In this document: one piece after another, positions 14,079-26,583 of the stretch
How the letters are laid out: the number at the start of each line of letters is the position of its first letter
Numbering within the stretch: the stretch's first letter is position 1
From: Okamejei kenojei
Lineage: Eukaryota
DNA length: 64,000 nt
NCBI GenBank assembly: GCA_035221665.1
Contig: CM069132.1
Coordinates: 66,898,001-66,962,000 of the forward strand
Direction of reading: 5' to 3'
Program-made: the position numbers and the translations under genes
The notes under the pieces: generated by a model
Seen by the model: only the letters and a program-made list of their open reading frames with translations
The model's database searches: none
Told to the model about the DNA's origin: nothing

Positions 14079-14599
14079 GCTTCCTATCATCTAATCTTAT
14101 TCTCGTTCCACAAATGCTGACTGCTCAGCTGAGCATTTCCAGCATGTTTTGTTTTGGTTTTCAATTCTATGGATGTTGTCAGTTTATTTTGTTTGTGCAC
14201 TATTTAATTTAGGATGGGGATAGTCTATTGCTGGAAGTTAATGTCTGTTAAGGAGTTTTTTAAAGGAACAAAGTTTAAAAACTACTCCAGCCCATAAAAA
14301 AAGAACAGATGTCACAGCCATAAAGTTTTGGCGATCGGATTTAATTAGAATGTTGGCACAATAAAGCTCAAATCTCCCAAATAATCAGAGGGTGCAATTA
14401 ATTTGAATGAAATGACAGAGGGTTGACCTGTTAGGTAAAGAACATCCTAAAAGTTCTTAAAAAGGTTTGTGTTCCAATCCCGTGAAAGGGAGCTTCTCGT
14501 GACAGTCACTACTCGCTTGAAGTATGATAACTTGGCAAGATAACTGATTTCATCAAATGTTGTTATTATTTCTCAGGTAATATTTCGGAGGAGGAACAA

Positions 14600-15103
14600 T
14601 AGAATTTAATAGACTATGTTCGAGAGTTAGATAAGTTCTTCTCACAATTGTGTGGAGGAAATGTGTTTGGTGAAGGACACACTGAGGTGTTTCGATACAA
14701 TTGAGTCCTTGTGCATAAATCACTAAAAGTTAAAATATAGGTATTGGAAACAATCAATAAGGCAGGCAGTATGTGGGCCTTTAATGCAAAAAGGATGATA
14801 GTTACACAAACTGGAAAGTAAAACTCAGTGGGACAGGCAGCATCTTTGGAGAGAAGGAATGGGTGATGTTTCGGGTCAAGACTCTTCTTCAGACTTCTTA
14901 GTGCAAAAGGATTTGAGTATAAGAGTCAGGTTGTTTATGTTCCATTTAATACATTCATACCACACTATTTTATTGGGTGCTAGTATGCTTCCATAGGAGA
15001 TCTTGCATTTAGGTTTGGTCTCCTTATCTAAGGATACACTTGCGGCAAAGGGAACGCATGAAAATTCACCTGATTGATCTCTAGAAATGTTAAGACAGCT
15101 GTA
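14600..15103 (+). mobile_element. Old CR1 ORF2 3' fragment, interrupted by a Penelope-derived repeat (14803-14895, minus) and by the element starting at 15104
   Basis: Diverged matches to CR1 (aaaaggatttgagtataagagt, tttggtctccttatctaaggat, ttcacctgattgat). It continues as ggagagattg after 20511. Confidence 0.6.
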
Positions 15104-15704
15104 CAGGTCCGTATGTACGAAGCTTTTCAAAAAATGGGGTGTGTAGGCATGACAGGATTACCAAAAAATGTTATATGAAATAATTGTGCACGCAAGCGCA
15201 TCATTACCAAAGCGGGAAGCCCCTCACGTCCCCGGGTTCCAGGGCCCCTCTTAAGGTCCCTGAAAGCTCTGGGGTTTTAGATTGCTTTCTGGTGCATTTA
15301 CTGAGAACTTATTTTGGAGAGTTTTGCACCCAAATATGACCCATATTTCAGAAATAATTTTGGTTGAGTCTCAAGAGTAATATGAATGGGTGGAATAGGA
15401 TGATTGGGGTCATTGTTGGATACGTATTTTTTTTATCTATTGTAAGGAATTGTTTGTCCGCTTGTTTTAATAATCAAGTTGTACTGTTGCAAACTGTTAT
15501 ATGTAAAATGTTATAAAGGGAGTAAGCAAAAACTGCATAGAACATACTACGTTTTTTGCAGAGTGAGAGTAAATAAAATATTTTTTCAGAAAATGTTTTT
15601 TGTGTTGATTTGATTGCCTGTTACTGTTAGACTGTGTTAGTGTGTGCAGTGCCCCTTTAATGGTCCTCCTGACCTAACAACTTCACATCACATCAACTTC
15701 AACA

Positions 15705-15978
15705 CAAAATAGTTCTGTTTTCCGAGAATGTAACTGTGCAAACCTACTCACCACTTTGTCCACGTCTTGGGCAAAAGTCATAGTGAATGTGAATTAAGGC
15801 GAGTGCAGACAGCCTGTCATTGTTTATGGAAGTCCTGGTGTAGTGATGCAGGCGACGGACACTCGTGGCACGCCTACGCAAACCTAGTCATGACTTTGTC
15901 CAGGTTCTGGGCAAAGTCATAGTGAATGTGGATTAAGGCAATTGCAGACAGCCTGTCATTGCTAATGGAAGTCCTGGT
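15705..15978 (-). pseudogene. hAT transposase C-terminal dimerisation-domain remnant, tandemly duplicated
   Basis: Minus strand reads TRTSISNDRLSAIALIHIHYDFAQNLDKV, then RRLHHYTRTSINNDRLSALALIHIHYDF-(frameshift)-AQDVDKVVSRFAQLHSRKTEL. This matches the hAT C-terminal pattern (R-S/T-x-x-x-x-RL-x-x-LAL-x-x-I-H). Confidence 0.8.
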
Positions 15979-16158
15979 CTTTCCTTCTTTGAGGATGTGA
16001 AAACGTGTTTGTCCTCGTTGGCTGGATCAAAGTAAGATGCCGAGTGAGATCGTGCCCCCTGGAAGCATGCCGCCCGAGGCGAGCATCTCTCTGCCGCTCA
16101 GGCTCATGTCCAAGGGTCCCGGCTACCTCCGCAGTCAAATGGAGGGGAACAGGCAGAG

Positions 16159-16956
16159 TTGGCAGAGCGCTGTCTAGAGACTGGCTGCCGACAAGGCCAA
16201 TTACTTGAAGAGACAGACGGCGAGGGGGTGCAAAGTGGAGCCCAATGGTTTGGGCAGCTCTGCCTCCGAGGAAGGCAGCGGGGCCAGCAGCAGCATGAAG
16301 ACTTACCTGGCCTCTGGCAACCCCCAGCAGAGGGGCAGCTGGGGCTCCTGCCTGACATTGTGCGTCGCTCCAGCTCCAAGAGGCAGCTCAGGTCTGACTC
16401 GCTGGTCATGCACCGGCAGAAGTGCGAGTTTGTGCGAGGAGCGGCGGCCACCAGCAGCGCCCGCAGTTTCAAGGGCACTGGCAGCCTGGTCCGGCAGCTG
16501 CTGCCCGGCTCTAGTGGTCGGGGCGACAAACAGCAAGGGCTGGCAACGGGAGCAGCAACCCCGGAAGGGGGAGAATTAGCAGAGGGTACAGAGGCTGCAG
16601 CACCCAAGGGTGCACAAGTAACTACTCCAGCAGCACCCAAAGGTGCACAAGTAACCGCTCCAGCAGCGCTCCAGGAAGCACCAGTCGCCACACCAGCAGC
16701 ATCCCAGGGTGCACAAGGAACCACGCCAGCAGTGCCACGAGAAGCAGCAGCAGGTCGCCCCAAGGAGCCGCTCAAGCGGCAGGTTGGTGAAGGCGGAGTA
16801 TGGCGCTCGCATTCCGAGCTCAGCTGCCACTTTTATCAAGCCTGCTCGGGCTTGGACAGTTTCTTCGAGCACAGCGGACTCGAGCCTGAGGCGATCGAGA
16901 ACCTGGCCAGGGAGAAGTTTTCCACCGACGCCGCCTTCGAAAGCCTTGCCCTCTAG
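16159..16956 (+). other. GC-rich 265-aa open frame inside the hAT-like element, product unknown
   Basis: ORF track. It contains a 30-bp tandem unit (AAPKGAQVTT-like), and both strands are open, so coding status is uncertain. Confidence 0.25.
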
Positions 16957-16968
16957 TTTTGCAGCGTG

Positions 16969-17210
16969 AAAGGCCTGTCCCACTTGGGTGACATTTTCGG
17001 CGATAGCCTGAAAAAAGGTTGTCGAGTCGTGGTCACGTCATGACGCAGCCTGATGCGTGGTGACGCATGTGGTGACACGTGTAGTGACGAGCGGTGACTC
17101 CCTGTCACCTATGGATTTTGGAATGTTCATATTCCAGGAGCAACATCTGGGTGTCTCATCATGTTGTGCGCCCTGTCATACGATGACATATGCTGTCCTG
17201 CGGGTGATGG
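16969..17210. mobile_element. Partial Harbinger-like MITE nested in the hAT-like element
   Basis: Starts aaaggcctgtcccacttgggtgac, the same end as 26584. No second TIR found. Confidence 0.55.
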
Positions 17211-17444
17211 CTGGTTAGGGTTAGGGACCGCAGATGGGCTGTAAAATATTCTTCCTTCAATGCATGGATTTAAACACTAATATATTAAAATTAAAACATT
17301 AAAATCAATTGTGCAAATGAAAAGATGTCTGTCCAGTTTTATTTACAGATGTATTGGTCCGCTTCCAGATCCAATCACCATATCTAACTTTTCACAGGGA
17401 TGGATTCAGTGAGTGTAGACTGAACTCCCCTCTTCCCTCCACCC

Positions 17445-17454
17445 CCCCCTCCCC

Positions 17455-17528
<74 letters not shown>
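17445..17528. repeat. Poly-C tract
   Basis: About 70-80 nearly uninterrupted C residues. Confidence 0.95.
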
Positions 17529-18749
17529 TTCTCTTCTCCCTTCTCCACTCCCCAGGGCTCTCACTTTTTTCCCCTGTTACCAGCCGGGCAACCTCGGCAG
17601 CTTTTTAGGTTGTCAAATGACAGTTTAGATGGTCATTTAACACGGTTTGCATGACGCGTGCAATAATGTACTCGGACAAGTGCGTGGTTACCAGTCGGAA
17701 TTATGCTCAGTGAAGCATTCACATATTAATTCTGCTTCAAATAGTCACAAACTAAACATAATCACCAATCAAGACATGATATATACCACAATGATATGCA
17801 GCAAAATTATAATACAGTATCTCAACTCTTTTTACACATTGCAATGAATGCAATTTCTATTATTTCTTTCCACTTCCAAACAAAAATGTGATTGGATTAT
17901 TCAGTATATGATCAACCTGTGTCAATAAATGCTGGATCATGGTAACATATATGCTTAACTATGCACACTACAGATTGATGCAGGGATGTTTTCTGTGAAG
18001 GGCCGAAAATTGTCATGACATGGCCATAGCATGGGTTATTATTGCTATTGGTACAGAAACACTCTTGCTTTCCACATGATTTATCCACAACAAAATATAC
18101 CGGTTGCAAGGAAATTTCTAAAGGCATTTTATGATAATAGCTGTTAAAATCGACTATACCCATCTGACAGGTTAAACATGACACTAATTGACAAGAGATA
18201 GCCAAAGGGCATCAAATGCAGCAAATGTTCTTTTGGCAATATGTTTAAAGTTGTCAAAACGCCACATTACTAGACATTCAGATTAGATGAATGTGTTGTG
18301 AACAGCAATGAAAATACCCAGTTTGTACGCACCAGATTTTTAAAAGATTATTGATAAACGCTGTTTCCATCATTCCCACTTCAGAATTAATGTTAAAATT
18401 ACAACTGAAATTTCTCCTGACCAAATTTGTGATGTATATGACCGACTGTAGAAGTAAAACCTGGATAAATCCAATTTATAGTTGTGAATGTTGCTCATTA
18501 AATAACTACAGTATTGAGACTCCATATTAAGAGCATTGATTTGCCGTTAAAATAAATTCTGTAATAACGTGTCAATGGTGGCAGTGACAATTGAACACTG
18601 CGGTTTTAACATTTCACGCGTTCAAAATTTAATTAATCCATCTTTATGAATTAAAACAAATAATAACATTGGGAATTAAAACACATTTGACTGCATTCCA
18701 TTATCAAACATTGTCAATGTTCGCTCTGAAGAAATTTCCAGTGCAATAG

Positions 18750-18752
18750 GGT

Positions 18753-18785
<33 letters not shown>

Positions 18786-19400
18786 TGAATCAGTGATGGA
18801 TAGATGGCGGGGGGGGGGGGGGGGGGGGGGGGGGTGTGTTGAGAAGGCAGTCGGTGCGGAATGGATTGATTGAGGCAGGGGAATTAGTGTGTGTTGGTTG
18901 GAGTAGGTAAAATTGTGAGGGAGAGAGCGCAGGAGATGTCAGTGGGGGAATACGGGATGGATGGGGGGGGGGGGGGGGAAATCAGTACAGGATGGAAGGG
19001 GGGGAAATCAGTACAGGATGAATGGGGGGGGGGATCGGTACAGGATGAATGGGAGTGGGTCAGTACAGTGTGGATCGGGGGGTCTATGCAAGATGAATGG
19101 GTGGTCCAGTACAGGATGAATGGGGGGGGAGCAGTGCAGGATGGATAGGAAGGGGGTCAGTACAGGATGAATTGGGGGATGAGTGTAGGATGGATGTGGA
19201 GGTGGCAGGACAATCAATGCAAGGTGGATAGGGAGATCAGTGCAGGATGAATAGATGGGGAGGGGAGCACAGGGGATGTAAGTGAGGACTGAATAGAGGG
19301 GGGGAATGTGGATCAGTGTGGGGTGGAGAGGAGGGGGGTGGAGAGGAGGGGGGCGTACAAGGGAGAGAGAGAGAGAGGGGAAGGGGCAGAGGAGGTGGTG
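18750..19400 (+). repeat. Poly-G runs and a degenerate G-rich minisatellite (gggggg-atcagtacaggatgaat-like unit)
   Basis: Repeated tcagtacaggatg(a/g)at separated by G runs. Confidence 0.85.
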
Positions 19401-20646
19401 AGGAAGGAAGGTCAGCACTCTTCGGACAACACTGGCATCATCACCCCGCAGCCTTGGCTGTCCCTGTCCACTGCCAAGTGCCACCGCCAAAGGGGTAGGC
19501 AGTTGGGAACTCCTCACCACCGTCTCATCTCCTCCGCCAGCCAACAGGAAGGTGCGGGGCCGAGCGGTGCAGGTGCTTCAGACGGCAGAAGGGGGTCTCC
19601 CCCTTCTTTCCTCGCTCCCTCCCTCCTCCCAGCCTTGGTGTGCATGAGGGTTTGTTTTGAAAGCGGTTGCCATCGTTGGCGCAGTGGCACTCAGCGGCCG
19701 CTGTGAGGGCTGGCACGGTGCATGAAGACATGGAGCCGCCACTGTTGCTGTTGCGCGGGGCCCGTCATTCACTCCGACCCTCTGTCACCCCGCACCACAG
19801 CCGTTGCCGCCGCCAACCAGAAATGATGGGGGGGGGAAATGCGAGGGCCCGGTGGGGGTGCGAGGGCCCGGTGGGAGTGCGAGAGCCTGCGGCGTGGGAT
19901 AGGAAAGTCGTGGTGGGAAAGAGGCAAAGGACCGGCGGGGGGGGGGGAGAGGGGGTGGTGATGTGGACCCGGCCAGAGCTGTGCCTGGTGTCTGGTCATG
20001 GCCGCTGCCAGGACTGGGTTCAGATTCAGTCCTTCCTGCTTCCCGCCCGGCGACGGGAGAATGGTCTCCCCATACCGACAGCCGACAGTGGCCGGGACCC
20101 GTTGGCGAGGCTCTGACGCCGCGGATGGAGCCCATGGACTGGGTGGGCAATAATCGCACCCACCCCCCCCCCCACCGGAGAAACGGGAATTTTTTTTTCC
20201 AAACCATCCCATGGGTCGGATTTGACCCTTCGCGGGTAGTTTAACACTCCCGATATAAAACAAACAGATCCCCCCTCCCATCAACGCAAAGCCATATTTC
20301 ATAGTCCCACTCACCCAAACTAGGCCAGGAGCATCGAGGCGATCTGATCCCGCCCAATACGCACGCGCGGATAGACGGCGACATTTTGCGTTGCTTCTGT
20401 GTCTTTGATCACCAGCTTCCCCCCACAGGCGCAGATGTCCGCAAATATTTTTAGAAAAAAGGGGGGTGCGGTTGCACCCAACGCACCCCCTCTTCGGTCG
20501 GCCATGCTGTAGGAGAGATTGTCAACTTTACCCTTATGCTTTTGTGTTTAGAACAAGAGTGAATCTATCGGAACATACATGATTCTGACAAGACTTTACA
20601 ATACAGATGCCAGGCTGTTTTCTGGCTGTGGTATCGAACACCAATC

Positions 20647-20875
20647 TTAGAAACATAGAAACATAGAAATTAGGTGCAGGAGCAGGCCATTCGGCCCTTC
20701 GAGCCTGCACCGCCATTCAATATGATCATGGCTGATCATCCAACTCAGTATCCCGTACCTGCCTTCTCTCCATAACCCCTGATCCCTTCAGCCACAAGGG
20801 CCACATCCAACTCCCTCTTAAATATGGCCAATGAACTGGCCTCAACTACCTTCTGAGGCAGAGAATTCCACAGAT
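20647..20875 (-). mobile_element. 5'-truncated CR1-type LINE 3' end
   Basis: (tagaaaca)n tail followed by ggtgcaggagcaggccattcggccc. Clean counterpart of 10440-10686. Confidence 0.9.
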
Positions 20876-21740
20876 AATTCACAGAAGGGGTGTTCATTCA
20901 GTGCTGAGATAAGAAAATAATTTCCTCACCTTGAGGTTAGAGGATATTGGGAATTCTCTACCCAAGAGGCTTCTTGGGCCTCAGTTGCTGAGCGTATCAA
21001 AAGATAAAATATTCAGTGCATCAAGTAAATGCACATTCAGAAAGCAGTATTGAGGTGAAAGATGTCTAGGCTTATTGAATGGTAGCCAGAACAAGGAGTC
21101 AAATTATTCACTATTTCCTCTATTTCCTATGGCCTTATGTTCTTGGCAAGGTTTGAAAGGGCCTTCAATGGCATGGTTTGAATTTCACCTACATAATTTA
21201 TGATATTTAGTAAAACACATACAAAAGGTAATTGAGATGGGAAGGTTGAAAGATAAAGATGGAATTACTATGGTGAGAGTAAATATCGTGGTCAAAGGAT
21301 AGGGTTTTGATAGGGAAAGCGCATTACAAGTTGCGATGTCAGTAACTAATGGCAATCATCTTCTGTAAGCAGGTTAAGAAATAGAAATCTCTTTGCAAAG
21401 CTGATGATAGAACTGGTCTACTGGGAGTATTTCCAGACACAATATGGCAAATGTTCCTCTCTTTGTCTCTGGGATAAAACATTTCTTTGCCATTTCATGA
21501 ACAAGAACTCAAGGAATGGCATGTGCTGGAATCTTGAGCACAACACAAAGTGGTGGAGTAACTTAATGGGCCCGGCAGGATCAGTGGCGGGATTGGAGAG
21601 ATGACGTTTATCCATTCCACGTACAGATGTGGCTTGACCTGCTGAGCTCCTCCATCACTTTGTGTTTTGCACAAGGAAGCATTCAGTTGTGCTGGTTCTT
21701 TTAATGAGCTGCCCAGTGAGTTCATTTGCTCAGTGGTATT

Positions 21741-24572
21741 TCAATAGTCAATGGTCAATAGTCATTTTTATTCGCCACATACACAATGAAGTGCAGTGAA
21801 ATGAACTTGTCATCAGCGGTACAATAGAAGAACACACAATACACAATAAAAATTTAACACAAACATCCACCACAGCATTCATCACTGTGGTGGAAGGCAT
21901 AAAGTTCAGTCAGTTCTCCTCCATTTTCCTCTGTGGCCGGGACCATAAACATCCGCTGTTGCCGCTGCAGGCGGCCAGATGTACAGGCAAGGTAAGCCCC
22001 GAATCGGTGCTTCCCTACCGGAGACCGCGGCTTCAAGATGGTGTAGGCCGCAGGCCGGCGGTCGTAGATCTAAGTCCCAGCCGCGCCACTTCTGTTTCTC
22101 AAATGAGGTTCAAACGAAATTTGGTTTCTGCAGCCATACAACAAGAAGAAACAATTTTACAAGTCACACAACCAACTCAATTCACACAAACCTCCATCAC
22201 AGTGAATCACCTCCTCACTGTGATGGAAGGCAAAGTCTTGTCTCTCCCCTGCTCTCCATCCTCTCCCGATGTTAAAGCCAGGTGATGTAAGGCCCTGCTC
22301 CGGGTCTTAATCTTCGGTATTCACCAAGGAGAAGGATATTGAACTCTGTGAGTTAAGGGGAAAAAGTAGAGTAGCTATGGAAACTATGAGATTCAAAGAG
22401 GAGGAAGTACTGACACTTTTGAAAAATATAAAAGTGGATAAGTCTCCAGGTCCTGACAGGATATTCCCTAGGACATTGAGGGAAGTTAGTGTAGAAATAG
22501 CAGGAGCTATGACAGAAATATTTCAAATGTCATTAGAAACGGGAATAGTGCCGGAGGATTGGCGAACTGCGCATGTTGTTCCATTGTTTAAAAAGGGTTC
22601 AAAGAATAAACCTAGCAATTATAGACCTATTAGTTTGACGTCAGTGGTGGGCAAATTAATGGAAAGGATACTTAGAGATAATATATATAAGCATCTGGGT
22701 AAACAGGGTCTGATCAAGAACAGTCAACATGGATTTGTGCCTGGAAGGTCATGTTTGACAAAACCTTCTTGAATTTTTTGAAGCGGTAACTAGGGAAATT
22801 GATGAGGGTAAAGCAGTGGATGTTGTCTATATGGATTTCAGTAAGGCCTTTGACAAGGTTCCCCATGGGAAGGTTGGTTAAGAAGGTTCAATCTTTGGGT
22901 GTTAATGGCGGAGTAGCAAGATGGATTCAACAGTGGCTGAATGGGAGATGTCAGAGAATAATGGTGGATGGCTGTTTGTCAGGTTGGAAGCCGGTGACCA
23001 GTGGGGTGCCTCAGGGATCTGTGTTGGGTCCACTGTTGTTTGTCATGTACATCAATGATCTGGATGATGGGGTGGAAAATTGGATAAGTAAGTATGCAGA
23101 TGATACTAAGATAGGTGGTGTTGTGGATAATTAAGTAGATTTTCAAAGTCTACAGAGAGATTTGGGCCATTTGGAAAAAGTGGGCTGAAAGATGGCAGAT
23201 GGAGTTTAATGCTGATAAGTGTGAAGTGTTACATCTTGGCAGGACAAACCAAAATAGGACGTACATGGTAAATGGTAGGGAATTGAGGAATGCTGTGGAA
23301 CAGAGGGATCTAGGAATAACTGTGCATAGTTCCCTGAAGGTGGAATCGCATGTAGTAGGGTGGTAAAGAAAGCCTTTGGTGTGCTGGCCTTTATAAATCA
23401 GAGCATTGAATATAGGAGTAGGGAAGTAATGTTAAAATTGTACAAGGCATTGGTAAGACCAATTCTGGAGTATGGTGTACAATTTTGGTCGCCTAGTTAT
23501 AGGAAGGATGTCAACAAAATAGAGAGAGTACAGAGGAGATTTACTAGAATGTTGCCAGGGTTTCAGCAACTATGTTACAGAGAAAGGTTGAACAAGTTAG
23601 GTCTTTATTCTTTGGAGCGCAGAAGGTTAAGGGGGGGGGGGACTTGATTGAGGTCTTTAAAATGATGAAAGGGATAGACAGAGTTGACGTGGATACGTTT
23701 TTCCCATTGAGGGTAGGGAAGATTCAAACAAGAGGGCATGACATGAGAATTAAGGGACAGAGTTTTCGGGGGGTAACGTGAGGGGGAACTTCTTTACTCA
23801 GAGGGTGGTGGCTGTGTGGAATGAGCTTCCAGCAGAAGTGGTGGAGGCAGGATCGATTTTAACATTTAAGAGTAAAGTGGATAGGTATATGGGCGTGAAG
23901 AGAATGGAGGGGTATGGTGTGAGTGCAGGTAGATGGGGACTAGGGGAAAACAAATGGTCGGCACGGACTGGAAGGGCCGAGAGGGCGTGTTTCCGTGCTG
24001 TAATTGTTATATGGTTATATGGTTATATGGTTATATGGTTAATATTGGAGCCCCTGGCGGGCAATGGCAAGTCCCGCGGCCTTTAAAGTCATGCCAGGCG
24101 ATGTAAGGCCCCGCTCTGGGTCGTTTTCAACCCCGCAACTCGGGGAGATGTTTCTGTTGCGGGAGCTCCAAAAAGTGGTCTCCCACCAGGGACCTGTGAG
24201 CTCCCGATGTCACCGTCCACCGTGCCTGCGGCTGGAGCCTCTGAGCTCCGAAGTCGGGTCGCAGCCGCGCACCACCACAGCTCTTCCCCGCTCCGAAGCC
24301 GGCCAGCTCCACGATGGTAAGTCCGCAGGCTTCGCGACCGGAGCCCCCAGGTCGTTCCGGCTGGAGGCCGCTCCACGGTGCTAGGCCCCAACGACAACGG
24401 AGACCCAACAAGGAAAAGTTGGGTCCCCCCGTACAGGGAAGAGACCCAAAAGTTTCCCCAACATATACACAGCTAAAAACAATATAAAAACAACAAACTA
24501 CACATACATGGGACAAAAATAAAAAAAAGACAGACGGACTGCAGGGGCCGCTTCCGCAAGGGAGGCGCCGCC
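21741..24572 (-). mobile_element. GC-rich non-autonomous retroelement with a Rex/L2-like tail, split by a CR1 insertion
   Basis: Tail caatagtcaatggtcaatagtc..tttattcgccacatacac..gtgcagtgaaat at the left. Internal repeat gatgtaaggccc(t/c)gctc on both sides of the CR1. Host sequence is continuous across ttaat. Confidence 0.55.
22312..24038 (+). mobile_element. 5'-truncated young CR1/HER1-type LINE (RT domain, frameshifted)
   Basis: ORFs 22377-22772 (KSPGPD, NYRPISLTS), 22799-23134 ([19 protein letters not shown]), 23360-23647 and 23778-24086. (ttatatgg)n tail. ttaat duplicated at 22307-22311 and 24039-24043. Confidence 0.95.
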
Positions 24573-25865
24573 CATACTCAAGTCTGATGCCTGATTACTG
24601 ACACTTCAGTCATTGAAAACTCATTTTATTACTGTATTCAATCTATTCAAGTTTGGCCACCATTATTACCGTTGCATTTTCCTTTTACCGCCTCTGCTTT
24701 CCACAAAGCACTTCTGTTTCTCTAATCTCATGACATCACTAAAGCTTCACAGACCAGGTACCATCCCAGTGGATGTATGCATCAGACCATTGGGGAATGC
24801 TGCACAGAATGAAACTTTGCCAATGTTTCCAATCAGTTACTTAATTCAACAGTGGATTTAGCAGCAAGCGTTTCACAATTCAATCCTTCATTTCCAATTT
24901 TCCTGTGTGTACTGTGCAGCAGGAACCCTTTATATTCAACTACCGTGAGAAGAATCACCCCTCAATAATCTACTTTCCAGCAGGAAGAACTGTGGAGCAG
25001 GATCTCAATGAATGTCTCCTCCTTTGCCTGGGGACACTGTTATATTATGACTTTTGACCCAAATAAGGTCAGCTAAACTGGCCACAGACCAGTGAACCTG
25101 AAAGAGTGAATCTGAAACTCTCTGGTGTGAATGCATCAGTGACATGCCTGCTGGGAGCAAAATCAACAACATTTTAGAGTTCCTGTGATACACAGTGAGA
25201 TGCTGATTAATTAATCTGCATTCATAACATGTCTTGGGGCAATGCCAAAGTCAAATGACTGATGGCAAAAGATATATAAAAGCTGCCTGTGGCTACAGTG
25301 ATTTGACATAAATCAAGTGGCATCAGTTCCCTGCTGTGGCTATTGCATGATGTCATCTAGCATATAAGACGCTGTGGTGAAGAGTTGAAATTACTTCAGC
25401 ACTTGAGATTCTTCTATATATTAGGAGCACATGCAACAGGAGTTGGTATCGAGTGTCGGGAAGAAATTACTTATGCATGTTCTGAATATTCTCATGATTG
25501 CTATGTTCCACAGCAGCATGAGGCACACTGGAGTTAGTTTTGGCAGGGTACAGTCCAAGCACAATTAAGACTTTGTGTAACTGTCTGGAAGAGTTTCAGT
25601 TAGTGATCTGGTTCAATTAGCTGCCCAAGGAACTGAAAGTATAAAACCTGACCATGTGACATACAGCTAGCGCTACCATGAAATTATATCGTGGTTCGTA
25701 AAACAATTAGGACATGTAACAACATGAGAACAAAATGTGGCACATGATAGAGTACAGTTGCCGCACACCGTGTGGATTGAGTGAAATTCAGTCTATGACT
25801 GCTGACAGTAAGAATTGCTGACAAATTATGAATGTCTGTCTTCAAACTGTTCATGGTTTGTATTT

Positions 25866-25997
25866 AGGAAACACAAGGAACTGCAGATGCTGGAATCTTG
25901 AGTAAAGCACAAAGTACTGGAGTAACTCAGCAGATCTTGCAGCATTGCCTCAGGTCATAGACAGGCAATGTTTCTGGTCGGGATCCTTCTTTAGACT
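25866..25997 (-). mobile_element. Penelope-derived short repeat
   Basis: ggaactgcagatgctgg..ctggagtaactcagc..gtttctggtcgggatccttctttagact. Confidence 0.7.
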
Positions 25998-26583
25998 CTC
26001 AAAGGAGGAGCAGTGAGAGAGGATCTCATAGAACAGAAGGAAAGAGGAGGAGACCTTCTTCAAAGGAGGCATACTTTGAGGAGATTTTTCACTGGAGCAA
26101 CTTCTGGAGGGCATGAACATGCAACAATTCAGCTTAGGATCCTTCCGTGTATTTATCTGGCTTCACATAATTCCCACCTCTTCACATAATACCCTTATAA
26201 TAACCCAGTTGCACCACACTTAAGATATAAAGGTAAAGCATTTTTTAAATTAGATCAATAGGGAATGTTTGAACCTAGACTCACCCCTGCAAAAGAATTG
26301 GATTAGGTGTGACATTGGATTTACACCCCATTTCATTTTACCCTCCTTTGAAATCTGCACTGCAAGGATGCAGTAATTGTGAGCAGGTGTAAAACTAGCA
26401 TTCCACCCAAATCCTTGACTCATGCTTGACAAATGAGATTACAATTATCCCCAAAGCGTCTGTGTATTTGTTCAACAGTCGCGGTTTAACTTGTTGAACC
26501 TCCACATCACCGCAATGACTAAAATAAATGAGTGATCGCACCCATCTCCGGGACCCAGGTCCCTCTGCTGGATGGATGTGTAA

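Larger units (their letters stand above)
15104..20506 (-). mobile_element. Composite non-autonomous hAT-like DNA transposon with a 5-bp TSD (hAT5-like)
   Basis: Termini caggtccg.. / ..cggccatg (imperfect short TIR). Direct repeat ctgta at 15099-15103 and 20507-20511. The host CR1 fragment rejoins across it, and hAT transposase remnants lie inside. Confidence 0.65.

Noticed and set aside
17212-17226. ggttagggttaggg telomere-like motif
   Set aside because: Only two units, too short to call an interstitial telomeric array.
17354-17608. Polyproline ORF
   Set aside because: It is only the translation of a poly-C tract.
19008-20505. Many overlapping ORFs and CpG-island-like composition suggesting a promoter or first exon
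   Set aside because: The region lies inside the TSD-bounded hAT-like element. Open frames are expected at this GC content, and no protein motif was recognised.
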